Of a DNA stretch of 50,445 nucleotides, positions 28,224-36,765 are shown in pieces. The DNA is from a virus. Its lineage: Duplodnaviria > Caudoviricetes. The stretch spans positions 1-50,445 of IMG/VR virus record IMGVR_UViG_3300036858_000014. One strand, 5' to 3'. Each line of letters begins with the position of its first letter. Within the stretch, counting starts at the first letter, position 1. The notes beneath the pieces are model-generated. The model saw only the letters and a program-made list of their open reading frames with translations, was not told the origin of the DNA and made no database searches. The translations under genes were made by a program, and so were the position numbers.

Positions 28224-29197
28224 AGCCCTAGTTCCTCCGGGTTAAACTCGCTTACGTCCCAACCAGATAGATCAAAGGGCTTGCTAGCGGTGGTTGATTC
28301 GGGTAAGGCCAAGCGACTTCTCAACCAATCCCCATGCTGAGAGGGCATATCAAGCGGGCTAATCGATTTCTTCCAGCTTAAGGCGGCGCGGGTAAACGTT
28401 GCCAGTGAAGCAAAATCATCAGGTTTACACTGAATGCGCGTAAGCTCATCTAACGTTTCAATATATTGCAAGGCGCGTGATTTAGGCATCTCCGTAATGG
28501 ATGTGTAAACTGATGCATCACCCCATGCAGCCATTAGCGCTACCAGATCAAGGCTGTACCTTGCCGTGTATCGCTCAACATGCTCATACGTCCAATCGCG
28601 GTAATGTTTTGGAAATGGTTTTTCAGCCCGCGAGGTTGGCTTTGAAGATGGCTTTGAAGATGGCTTTGATTCAGTGTGTTCAACAACACCGGTACTGGTT
28701 TGTTCAACAACACCTTGCATAGTGTTGTCAGACACACCGCCAGTTTGTTCAACAACACTAGCAGAACCGTACCGCTTTTCTTGCATTTTCTGCCGTGCTT
28801 TAGCGGTTTGCTGGCGGCGGTTGGATTCGTTCATATCGGTACGGGCGATAAGTTCACCCCACTTAATCCCGGTATCGTGCAATTCCCACGCCTGCCCGTC
28901 CTCAGTAGCTTTCCCTTCCCGCGTAAGAAACCCAAATGTAACAAGGCTTTCGAGGGCGGTGATAATGGCGTGTTTGCCAAGCCCGCAACCCTGATAACGT
29001 TTGCCATCAGCAGTCGTAAATCCGTTTTCAAACATGGTTAGACTGATAGCGCCTTGCCGCTTTTTAATTTTGTCTTGCCACCCCATAATATGGCGGGTAG
29101 CGAAAAGTAGGACGCGCAATTCGCTATTGGTTAGGTAAGGCATCGCCTGATCTATAAACGCATTAGGCGTCTGAAATGTGTTCGGAACGATAGTCAT
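28220..29197 (-). CDS. Replication initiator (lambda O-like)
   Basis: PNTFQTPN..ID..M..L..SELRVLL...R...GW....AISL..F N-terminus; internal iterons. Confidence 0.8.
   Translation of the reverse strand: MTIVPNTFQTPNAFIDQAMPYLTNSELRVLLFATRHIMGWQDKIKKRQGAISLTMFENGFTTADGKRYQGCGLGKHAIITALESLVTFGFLTREGKATEDGQAWELHDTGIKWGELIARTDMNESNRRQQTAKARQKMQEKRYGSASVVEQTGGVSDNTMQGVVEQTSTGVVEHTESKPSSKPSSKPTSRAEKPFPKHYRDWTYEHVERYTARYSLDLVALMAAWGDASVYTSITEMPKSRALQYIETLDELTRIQCKPDDFASLATFTRAALSWKKSISPLDMPSQHGDWLRSRLALPESTTASKPFDLSGWDVSEFNPEELGL
28637..28758. repeat. Iterons / putative replication origin
   Basis: TGTTCAACAACAC at 28677, 28701, 28746 (degenerate copy at 28723), plus the tandem 12-mer TGGCTTTGAAGA about 2.7 times from 28637. 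Confidence 0.7.
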
Positions 29198-29454
29198 TCT
29201 TGCACCGCCTTATGCTTCTCAATCGCATCAGCAACCATCTCGCCCATAATGTTCACCTGTCCAATAAACGTATCCCGCTGGTCATTACTCAACATGGTTA
29301 TGAATGCGAAGTCATGTAACCAGTGGTCAAAATGGCGCAGGACGAATAGCAGATTGTCAGCGCGTAACGCGTTCCCGAAGGCATCACCCCATTCTTGGAA
29401 CGTCGGGTAATCTTCCCCGCTAAACTGACCGAAGTATTGAAAGTCCGTTTGCAT
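29194..29454 (-). CDS. Hypothetical protein
   Basis: RBS; ATGA overlap with the initiator gene. Confidence 0.6.
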   Translation of the reverse strand: MQTDFQYFGQFSGEDYPTFQEWGDAFGNALRADNLLFVLRHFDHWLHDFAFITMLSNDQRDTFIGQVNIMGEMVADAIEKHKAVQE

Positions 29455-29598
29455 ATCCTTTAATCCTCTTCACTAACCGTTAACTTGCTTTCCTGTCCAC
29501 ACTGCGTTACAATTCCGTTTGTACTTACTTTTCGTCTATTGTCCGTTCGTTCCCCCTTGCCCGCTGACCGCCGCCAGCGGGCTTTTGTTTTGCGTGGA

Positions 29599-30132
29599 CT
29601 AGGTGTTTAGTGCACTACTGCCGTTGTCGTAAATATCCTCAATTTCATCTACCCATTTGCGAACAATCGCCAGAAATGGTTCATGAGGGATGTGCATCGC
29701 ATCACGTGCTTGGTGTAAAAACGTGGAACGACTGCTATCTACTAAATCACGCCACTCTTGACCCGCAGGCCACGCGCCCGGTTCAGCTTGAGCATTCGCT
29801 TGGGCTAGGCATTCTTGCGCCTTGTTAACAACAGCGGCATAAAGCCAACGAAATGTGAGCGCCATTTCCGCCGCCAGTGCGTCCCGTTCGGCGCGTAAGG
29901 CGGCAAGGTCTTGTTTGTCTTCGTTCGGCGCTGATGCCATAAGGTACTGCGCTGTTAAGTCATAACCGCTGTCAGACAGATACACACCTAAATCTAAGTC
30001 CTCTACCAGCAAGCCCTTGTCGAGCAAAGACTTATCTTCAGGTGTTTTTGCGCGTACTTTATGATGACCTGTCATAAGGTTGTAAAGCGATTCGCGCTCA
30101 TACCCTGATAATTCGTTCCATGTGATTGTCAT
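29599..30132 (-). CDS. Hypothetical protein
   Basis: GGGAGAG RBS. Confidence 0.6.
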   Translation of the reverse strand: MTITWNELSGYERESLYNLMTGHHKVRAKTPEDKSLLDKGLLVEDLDLGVYLSDSGYDLTAQYLMASAPNEDKQDLAALRAERDALAAEMALTFRWLYAAVVNKAQECLAQANAQAEPGAWPAGQEWRDLVDSSRSTFLHQARDAMHIPHEPFLAIVRKWVDEIEDIYDNGSSALNT

Positions 30133-30157
30133 CTCATTCTCTCCCTTTCATTGGGTA

Positions 30158-30339
30158 AATAAAAACCCCGTTGCTAGAGGCACTTGGCACAAGGATTCAC
30201 CGCCGCAAACGGTTAGCCATGCGCCCCTAGAAATGGGGTCTTTAACATACTTACACGCCTTTTCCTTTTACGTCCTTGCGGGGACGGTGTTCTTTTATTC
30301 CACGAAAATCAGTATACCACACACGGGCGCAAAATGCAA
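30158..30339 (-). promoter_or_regulatory. Promoter plus structured leader/attenuator
   Basis: TTGCAT-N17-TATACT (30339-30311); long stem in which 30215-30243 pairs with 30161-30190, ending in a U-tract. Confidence 0.55.
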
Positions 30340-30367
30340 TGCGTGTTACGTTTTTCATACGATACGG

Positions 30368-30682
30368 TTACGTTTGTGCCTCTAAATCCCTTAGATACTG
30401 AGTACCCGCTTCGCTGATGTGATACTCATTAATCGCCCGCCATTGTCCATTACGCTTGACGTAATCTAGTGTGCGATATTCAAATAACCCCTTGCCGCAT
30501 AGCGAGACGCACGTTTGCCAGCGAATACTTACTTTGCCGCATTCATGGTGCTGTGGCATAAACCAACCTCGCTCAATGCTACGCCCGAAATAGAACAGAT
30601 AGGCGTCGTGCTTGGCATGGTAATCCGCTTGCTCTAAGGCGTCTAATTCAGATTTTGACAGTTTCATGCTTCCACCTCGCAA
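30368..30682 (-). CDS. Hypothetical protein
   Basis: Likely start MKLSK; winged-helix-like end (L..KGL...ISEAG..YL). Confidence 0.55.
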   Translation of the reverse strand: MRGGSMKLSKSELDALEQADYHAKHDAYLFYFGRSIERGWFMPQHHECGKVSIRWQTCVSLCGKGLFEYRTLDYVKRNGQWRAINEYHISEAGTQYLRDLEAQT

Positions 30683-30897
30683 TCAAGTTCATACGCACTG
30701 ACATCCCCATACCGTCCCGTTAACGCACTAGCTACCGCGTCGTAATCGTGCATCACCTCGTGCTTTTCTTGCGGCGTCAACGCTACCCAGAACGGCGCGT
30801 CCGCCATGTAATCGACAAGTAGGTCGAGCATATCGCCCGCCGTTCCTTGTTCACAGGCGGCGTAGTCGCGTCGCCATGTGGTGATGTTGCGGTTCAT
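30664..30897 (-). CDS. Hypothetical protein
   Basis: AAAGGA RBS before MNRNITT. Confidence 0.6.
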   Translation of the reverse strand: MNRNITTWRRDYAACEQGTAGDMLDLLVDYMADAPFWVALTPQEKHEVMHDYDAVASALTGRYGDVSAYELDCEVEA

Positions 30898-30944
30898 TGT
30901 TGTGTCCTTTCGTGCGTAAATGCTGTCATGTTGAAATGACAACG

Positions 30945-31235
30945 TTAGCGCTTCATATCCCCGTCGCAGGTGTAGCCCATGCGTACCCGATACATCATCC
31001 CCTCGCGGCTAATACCGACAAACCGTGCCGCCGCACGAATAGAGCGAAACTTGCGCCCGTTCCATTCGCATTCGTACCCCGGATACCCCATGTCATCATC
31101 ACAGGTGTAGCCCGCTAGCAGCCGCGCCCGCATAACAGACTGTGTAACCCCGTTGGCACGGGCGGCGGCATTGTAGCTAGGATAGTCAATGCCGTTCCAT
31201 CGGCACGGGATAGGTGAACGGAAGGCGCTAGTCAT
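30945..31235 (-). CDS. Tandem NUMOD/IENR-like DNA-binding repeats with no nuclease domain
   Basis: Two copies of C.WNG..(Y/F).S..AAAR..G......R...GYTCD.DM. Confidence 0.6.
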   Translation of the reverse strand: MTSAFRSPIPCRWNGIDYPSYNAAARANGVTQSVMRARLLAGYTCDDDMGYPGYECEWNGRKFRSIRAAARFVGISREGMMYRVRMGYTCDGDMKR

Positions 31236-31353
31236 GATATTGAATCTTGATACCAAACATCGGGATAGGGCATATATACACTGTTCGATTTTTGGTATCG
31301 ATATACGCTCCTATCCACAAATCGTACCATCGGAAAAACAGACTGATTTTCAT
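31228..31353 (-). CDS. Small phage protein (41 aa, not in the ORF track)
   Basis: GAGGGG RBS; MKISLFFRWYDLWIGAYIDTKNRTVYICPIPMFGIKIQYHD. Confidence 0.6.
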   Translation of the reverse strand: MKISLFFRWYDLWIGAYIDTKNRTVYICPIPMFGIKIQYHD

Positions 31354-31479
31354 CTTATCCCCTCGTTTCTAGAAATGGTCTAAAAGCCTGCAAAACGCGC
31401 GTTTTTAGCACTAAAAGCAAAATCAATAGCTGTTCGTACCATTCCGCGCGTTTTTGTGCCTACGAAAATCGACAGCGCC

Positions 31480-31746
31480 CTATTCTAGCGCCTCTGGTCT
31501 GTAGAAAAATTCCGGCATTGAATCCTCAAAGAAGTAGTAGCGCTCGTAACTGGTGTATGCGCCCGCATTTACTGCCATGATAACGCCGTCCTGTTGCCAC
31601 TTTCTGAGATGTCGGTTTGCCGTACTGAGTGAAACCCCAAGAGCAATAGATACCCACCATGAGTTAATGCGTGGGTAGTCCATAATGAGATTAAGCAGAA
31701 TTTCGTCTAGATCATATTTCATCGTTCCTGCGCTCCTAACGGGCAT
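31480..31746 (-). CDS. Winged-HTH protein
   Basis: VSIALGVSLSTANRHLRKWQQDGVI; likely start MKYD. Confidence 0.6.
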   Translation of the reverse strand: MPVRSAGTMKYDLDEILLNLIMDYPRINSWWVSIALGVSLSTANRHLRKWQQDGVIMAVNAGAYTSYERYYFFEDSMPEFFYRPEALE

Positions 31747-31783
31747 TTTTATTCAGCCCGAATGCGGAATTTCGGCATTCTAG

Positions 31784-32044
31784 TTAATACGTTAAACTGA
31801 TAAGGTACTGTTGTTCTTCGTACCGCTCCATAGCCCACATCATGTCATTGACCTGTTTTAGCGGTTTGCCAAAAATAATGTCGTCTTTTGGCATCGTCAT
31901 GATAATTTGGTAAATCCGTTCGGTTACAGGCTCCATTGCGCTGTAACGGTACTCATTGTTGTAAATATTGGTTAGGTGCTTAATCAACCGCGCAACCTTA
32001 CGCCGTTTACCATTATGTCCTGTGTATCGTTTATAGTTCATCAT
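31784..32044 (-). CDS. Hypothetical protein
   Basis: AGGAG RBS. Confidence 0.6.
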   Translation of the reverse strand: MMNYKRYTGHNGKRRKVARLIKHLTNIYNNEYRYSAMEPVTERIYQIIMTMPKDDIIFGKPLKQVNDMMWAMERYEEQQYLISLTY

Positions 32045-32086
32045 TCTATGCTCCTAATGGGCGGTCTAGCACCGCCCTGCTACGTG

Positions 32087-32782
32087 TTAAAGTGGTATGT
32101 CCTGCTGAATATCAGTGACGTTTAGATAACCTTTTGCATCCGGCGCGGCGCTTACCCATGCGGGCGGGTCTAGTGCGTACTCCCCCGGCTTTGCCCATGC
32201 GTCAACGTTGTAACCAGCTTTGCGAAGGCGGTCACGGCTAAAGTCGGTAATGAAGCTGCTAGGGTTTTTAGTATCTTCAAAGATCAGATAAGGCTTCTTT
32301 TGGGCGTTCAAGCGGACTGTCAATTTTGTGCAAACAAACCGCACATCATCGCCAGTAATCTCGCCCGTTGTCTTATCGACTTGCCGCGTTTGCTGCTGAG
32401 TCTGCCGTTGCGGTTTCTGCCCTTTGCCCAAGTCGAGTAGATAGCGTCCAATCCCGAATAGCCGCGCGGCGCGTTTCAAGGCGTCGGTAGCTGCCGACTT
32501 TTCAGCTTCATTTGCTTCGCTACCCGTCTTGGTAATCCGAACGCTTTCCATCCCAACGCCGTCGCGCCATACACCTTTCACGGTTAGGCGTCCGGATTGG
32601 ATTACAGAACCGTCGCGCCATACAGGTTGCCCTAGTAGTTCCCACGTCCAGCTAGGGTCTACCGCGTCGAGACGGTCTGTAATCGCCCGTTCACGAATGT
32701 AAGTACGCCCGTCGCGTTCTTCGTGGTCACTCGCATCAAACTGCGCTGTCAGCAGTTGCACATCTTCGTGAGTGAGTGTCAT
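32087..32782 (-). CDS. Rad52/Sak-like single-strand annealing recombinase
   Basis: YI..RAI.DRLD.V...W; RDGVG; EKSAATDALKRAARLFGIGRYL. Confidence 0.9.
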   Translation of the reverse strand: MTLTHEDVQLLTAQFDASDHEERDGRTYIRERAITDRLDAVDPSWTWELLGQPVWRDGSVIQSGRLTVKGVWRDGVGMESVRITKTGSEANEAEKSAATDALKRAARLFGIGRYLLDLGKGQKPQRQTQQQTRQVDKTTGEITGDDVRFVCTKLTVRLNAQKKPYLIFEDTKNPSSFITDFSRDRLRKAGYNVDAWAKPGEYALDPPAWVSAAPDAKGYLNVTDIQQDIPL

Positions 32783-32979
32783 TATTTGTTAGCCTTTCCG
32801 AATGGATTCCAGCCACGCTTGGCTTGCGGCTTCACATCCCCTAAAACCTGCGCCGCTTGCTGCATACGCGCGTAATCGTCGTTGACATCTTCCGATGGGC
32901 GCGTTTCGACAGTTTCGCCCTTGTTCGGTTTCGACAGTTTCAAGTAGCCTTCAAGCGGTGTTTTGTACTTGCTCATCAT
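32782..32979 (-). CDS. Hypothetical protein
   Basis: AGGGGAG RBS; TAATG coupling. Confidence 0.6.
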   Translation of the reverse strand: MMSKYKTPLEGYLKLSKPNKGETVETRPSEDVNDDYARMQQAAQVLGDVKPQAKRGWNPFGKANK

Positions 32980-32997
32980 CTCTCCCCTTTATACTGT

Positions 32998-33216
32998 TTA
33001 CCCGCCCGTGCGCGGCGGCGGTAGGATAGAACCGTAGTTGCCAGTGGTGCTGTCTTTAATCTGCGGGAACATCGCTACTTCAAAGTTGCGCCATGCTTCC
33101 CACATGTTCCAATAGGCTTGCTTCTGTTCATCGGTCATATCGTCGTAGACATGACAGCGTAATGCGGCAAGCGCGGTGTTCGTGACATTGAAATGAACAT
33201 TATATTTATCGTCCAC
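32998..33216 (-). CDS. Hypothetical protein, first gene of the leftward early operon
   Basis: AAAGGA RBS plus GTG at 33216, downstream of a consensus promoter. Confidence 0.6.
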   Translation of the reverse strand: MDDKYNVHFNVTNTALAALRCHVYDDMTDEQKQAYWNMWEAWRNFEVAMFPQIKDSTTGNYGSILPPPRTGG

Positions 33217-33247
33217 AGCTATTCCTTTCGTTAATCGGATACCCATT

Positions 33248-33291
33248 AGTTTAGCACTACTATTGACTGCTGTCAACAGATTTGTTATACT
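33248..33291. promoter_or_regulatory. Overlapping divergent sigma70 promoters
   Basis: Plus strand TTGACT(33263)-N17-TATACT; minus strand TTGACA(33276)-N17-TAAACT; both have the TG extension. Confidence 0.8.
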
Positions 33292-33319
33292 CAGCACAAC
33301 ATCAATGAAAGGATGACTG

Positions 33320-33517
33320 ATGGCAACATTAATTGATCTACCAACCGCCGCCCGTATACTGGGGATTTCGCGCCAAGCCGTTTGGGGGTTGGTCAAGCGG
33401 AAACGACTAACCGAACACCGCGCCGCCGCGCCGCATCTGCCAAGCCGTTTTCAATATATGGTCGATAGGGCGGAAGTGGAAAAGCGGCTGGAAACGGCGC
33501 AAGAGAGCACCCCTTAA
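33320..33517 (+). CDS. Small HTH (excisionase/MerR-like) regulator
   Basis: LPTAARILGISRQAVWGLVKRKRL...VDRAEV; AAAGGA RBS. Confidence 0.8.
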   Translation: MATLIDLPTAARILGISRQAVWGLVKRKRLTEHRAAAPHLPSRFQYMVDRAEVEKRLETAQESTP

Positions 33518-33557
33518 TTATTGGGGTATTGACTGCGGTAAACATAAATGCTATCAT
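33509..33557 (+). promoter_or_regulatory. Palindrome plus sigma70 promoter
   Basis: ACCCCTTAATTATTGGGGT, then TTGACT-N17-TATCAT. Confidence 0.7.
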
Positions 33558-33590
33558 GGTATTCATAGACAGCACACAGGAGAGAACGAG

Positions 33591-33857
33591 ATGAGCAACG
33601 TAATGACCAACATCGCAACAATCGGCAAGCCAAACAAGTATAACAAAGACTGGACATATTCATTCTACAATGGCGGCACAGATGAACAGTTCGTTCGTGG
33701 TTTTGAAACCCGCAAAGCCGCCGTCGCCGCGCTAAAAGAAGCTCACCCAACAGCTAACGTTATGAGCAATGGTGACTACAACCGTGAGAGCGGATACGGT
33801 CGCACACAAGCGCGGCGTAGTCAGTGCGTCTATACAAGCTACGCTACAAACGGTTAA
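33591..33857 (+). CDS. Hypothetical protein
   Basis: AGGAGAG RBS after the promoter. Confidence 0.65.
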   Translation: MSNVMTNIATIGKPNKYNKDWTYSFYNGGTDEQFVRGFETRKAAVAALKEAHPTANVMSNGDYNRESGYGRTQARRSQCVYTSYATNG

Positions 33858-33914
33858 ACCATCATCTAAGCAGGGGCGCGACTGCACAACGCGCTAGATA
33901 AGAAACGAGGGGTT

Positions 33915-34214
33915 ATGGCATTCCAACCGCGTACTGTAATTGAGACTTCGATTGAAAAAGTGGTCAAGGCTTTTCGGGGGCGTCCTGTGCAATTCCATAT
34001 GCCTACCAGCATCGAGGAAATGGTAGGGCTGGAAATCATCTACAAAAACGATCATGCATGGGGTTATCCTGTGCGGTTGGTCGGTGTAGTGATTGACTAC
34101 CGCAAACGGGGCGAAGGTGTGTTCCAAGTGCAGGTTAAGTCGAATGAAAGTAACTTACCGCATTGGGTTAGCGAAGATGATTTTGTAGGCTATGTAGGGC
34201 AGGTGCAATCATGA
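33915..34214 (+). CDS. Hypothetical protein
   Basis: GAGGGG RBS. Confidence 0.6.
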   Translation: MAFQPRTVIETSIEKVVKAFRGRPVQFHMPTSIEEMVGLEIIYKNDHAWGYPVRLVGVVIDYRKRGEGVFQVQVKSNESNLPHWVSEDDFVGYVGQVQS

Positions 34215-34462
34215 CGCCCGCCGGAACATTCTGCGATGACTCCCGTGACTGGCTACGCCGTCATCATGACATGACGGTAGCGCGCAATCGGTTGCAATCT
34301 CTGATTGACGAACTGGAGAATACGCAAGCGCACAAGCGATTAGAACCGCCTATCGTTTATCGAACGGATAACAGCGCAGCGGATGATGCCGAGTGGGAAG
34401 CGCGGCAAGAGCAGCGGTTGCAAGCGGGGGAAGGCAATTTAGCAGAGAAGTACGGGGGATAG
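34211..34462 (+). CDS. Hypothetical protein
   Basis: ATGA overlap. Confidence 0.6.
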   Translation: MTPAGTFCDDSRDWLRRHHDMTVARNRLQSLIDELENTQAHKRLEPPIVYRTDNSAADDAEWEARQEQRLQAGEGNLAEKYGG

Positions 34463-34463
34463 G

Positions 34464-34685
34464 ATGACAGCGAGGAAGTATGTAGATATTGGGTGTGACA
34501 TTTGCCAAGATTGGGCAGAAGGCGACGCTAAAACCGTTCAAGGCGCAAGGCGAAATGTTAGGCGCTATTACGGGTGGCGGTATCTTAAGGTAAATGGGCG
34601 CATGATGGATTTGTGTAGTGCCTGTGCATGTGACGTGAAAGACGGCAAAGTCGCTATCCAAAAAGATGATAGCACTACCGACTAG
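34464..34685 (+). CDS. Small zinc-binding protein
   Basis: CDIC...GW...DLCSAC. Confidence 0.6.
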   Translation: MTARKYVDIGCDICQDWAEGDAKTVQGARRNVRRYYGWRYLKVNGRMMDLCSACACDVKDGKVAIQKDDSTTD

Positions 34686-34751
34686 CACCACCCGCGCGGC
34701 GGGCGCGGCGATAACCCGCCATATCCAATTTAGCTATAGGAGAAAACGACA

Positions 34752-35228
34752 ATGAGTGACAAACCGATTATCTACACCGAACCGGAAAACGAACGCGACA
34801 ACCCGCACAATGTACCGCTGGAGTCGTTAGATGAGATCATCTACGGCGGCAAGCCAGCGGCGCTAGGCGACGGTGATACGGCTATCTACGCATGGTTTGG
34901 CAACGGATGGAAAGGTGAAATTGTGTCAGCTGAGATGCATACGCCTGATGTAACCGTTGTCGGTTGCAAGCGTTGCCACGTCGAGGCGGCGGTAGCAGCG
35001 GGGCTGTGCGCGGGGTGCTGTGAGGCACGGTTAACAGAAGCACGATCTGTAATTGCCCCGTTCGGTTATGCATGGTATATGTGGACTACTGAACAGATGG
35101 ATAAATCACAAGGGTTTAGTAACTGGTTTCACAATGAATTTGCCGACGCCGAAAAGGTAGAGAAGTTGTTTCGGGATGCTGATGCTTTTATCTTGAGTAT
35201 CTCAGAATCACCACGCAAAACAGAATAA
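34752..35228 (+). CDS. Hypothetical protein
   Basis: AGGAG RBS; CxxC..CxxC. Confidence 0.6.
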   Translation: MSDKPIIYTEPENERDNPHNVPLESLDEIIYGGKPAALGDGDTAIYAWFGNGWKGEIVSAEMHTPDVTVVGCKRCHVEAAVAAGLCAGCCEARLTEARSVIAPFGYAWYMWTTEQMDKSQGFSNWFHNEFADAEKVEKLFRDADAFILSISESPRKTE

Positions 35229-35287
35229 CCCCCTCAATCAAAAACACCCCCGTAACAAGGGGTGTTCAGACTATATAAAGGTGAAAC

Positions 35288-35620
35288 ATGAATCCCGAAC
35301 GAAACGACATAGAAGAATCCGAACATAAAGCTTTAGACAGTGCAATAGATGGGTTGCGTAAGGCGCTACATTTACAGTTAGGTGTGATGCAAAGAACCAT
35401 AAATTCGCCTGACATATTTGAACATGCTCACGAAATTGACCAGTCAAGCTACTTGGTTGCAAAGATGTTAGAACAAATCAGGATGGTTATCGTTAGTCCT
35501 AGAATCGATGCTTGGATTAGAGAACGCCAAAAGATTAGGGCATTAGAAGTGCAGGAGGTGATTTCTCGTTTTGATTTGGATAAGTTAAAACCCCTATTGG
35601 ATACCGACAAACCTGAATGA
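35288..35620 (+). CDS. Hypothetical protein (AT-rich moron)
   Basis: AAGGTG RBS; flanked by hairpins. Confidence 0.6.
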   Translation: MNPERNDIEESEHKALDSAIDGLRKALHLQLGVMQRTINSPDIFEHAHEIDQSSYLVAKMLEQIRMVIVSPRIDAWIRERQKIRALEVQEVISRFDLDKLKPLLDTDKPE

Positions 35621-35623
35621 TTT

Positions 35624-35656
35624 AAAAAGGACGCTGATTAGGCGTCCTTTTCTTTT
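35624..35656. terminator. Bidirectional terminator
   Basis: AAAAAGGACGC-loop-GCGTCCTTTT between convergent genes. Confidence 0.75.
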
Positions 35657-35718
35657 CGCGCTCTTTGCACTACCGCAACCCCGCTAGCCACGCGCCCGCT
35701 GCCAGCGTTGAGTCGTCA

Positions 35719-35955
35719 TTAGACACCTGCCATCTGTGCAACCATTGCACGGTACTTGTTCGCCATTTCAGCGTCACTAATCAGACGCCCCCACTCAGCG
35801 TCACTCAGCGTCACATCGTGCAAGGTGCAACCCGGCGTCTTGCATGTGCCGATGTAGCTAGGGGTGCGCGTTGACTTGGGATGCAGCGATTGCAGGTAGT
35901 AGTCTAAACGGTTGTTGCAATCCGGGCAAAACTCGTTCATAATTGGGCTTGTCAT
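35719..35955 (-). CDS. Zinc-ribbon hypothetical protein
   Basis: AAGGAG RBS before MTSPIMNEFCPDC. Confidence 0.6.
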   Translation of the reverse strand: MTSPIMNEFCPDCNNRLDYYLQSLHPKSTRTPSYIGTCKTPGCTLHDVTLSDAEWGRLISDAEMANKYRAMVAQMAGV

Positions 35956-36177
35956 TGAATGTATTCTCCTTACTAAAACGGGCTGCCTCTGCAACGGGCG
36001 GCTCGTTTGCATGTCTATACTTTTATAGTAGCGCAAGGTGGGGTAGAGAAGTAAAAGCAAATTGTGAATTTTTCGTGACGAAAGTAAATTAGCTACAAAT
36101 GTGCTATAATAGAGTCACCAAAAAGAAACCCCGCGCGGGGCAAACCGCCGGGGTGTGAGACACAAAGGAACGATCTA

Positions 36178-36765
36178 ATGTCTACAGATAGTATAACACT
36201 ACCCTCGTATTCAGACAACCTAGACCCTATGCAACGCCGCGAAATTGCCCGCGCTGAAATGGCGCAATTTGAGGGGCTAGGCAAATTCATGTATTTACTT
36301 CACAGTCCCTATGTTCGCAAGTTGCGCTTACCAGATAAGACAGTTGTGCATTCCGCAATTGACGTTATCGGCATCCTATCAGACTCAGAGAATGAGCCGC
36401 GCAAGCTGTGGAACGACACGAAAAAGCGCCTCCTAAAACAGGATGAAGATATGTCCGAAAAAATCGGACATATTGCTTTGCCGCTGTGGAACGACACGAA
36501 AAAGCGCCTCCGCCCTACGGATGTCATGACTTCAAGCGGACTAGTCATTCTGGTATTTGAACTCCACACGAAAACATCAAACAAGGTTAGGCATGGGATA
36601 GCAGGCGTGTTTGATCGTTACGCATCAGAACACCACGAAGCGATTCTGGCAGAACTTGAACGCACTACCGGATGGGCAGGGACGCGCATTCGATTGGAGA
36701 TGCAAGAGATTTACGAACCGGGGGATTATGACAATCCGGTACAGCCGCCGGGATGTCCTGAATAA
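36178..36765 (+). CDS. Bro-N domain (antirepressor-like) protein
   Basis: SAIDVIGILSDS..PRKLWND.K.RL...MSEKIGHI...R.TDV; TG-TATAAT promoter and AAAGGA RBS upstream. Confidence 0.7.
   Translation: MSTDSITLPSYSDNLDPMQRREIARAEMAQFEGLGKFMYLLHSPYVRKLRLPDKTVVHSAIDVIGILSDSENEPRKLWNDTKKRLLKQDEDMSEKIGHIALPLWNDTKKRLRPTDVMTSSGLVILVFELHTKTSNKVRHGIAGVFDRYASEHHEAILAELERTTGWAGTRIRLEMQEIYEPGDYDNPVQPPGCPE
36405..36511 (+). repeat. Perfect 29-bp direct repeats flanking a 25-bp palindrome
   Basis: GCTGTGGAACGACACGAAAAAGCGCCTCC at 36405 and 36483; ATATGTCCGA-AAAAA-TCGGACATAT at 36449-36473. Confidence 0.9.

Noticed and set aside
32998-33396. 132-aa version of the leftward ORF
   Set aside because: It runs through the divergent promoters and the opposite-strand HTH gene; the GTG at 33216 has the RBS.
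36405-36511. Mini CRISPR array (repeat-spacer-repeat)
   Set aside because: Only two copies, in frame within a coding region, with a 49-bp palindromic spacer and no CRISPR-like repeat ends or cas genes.
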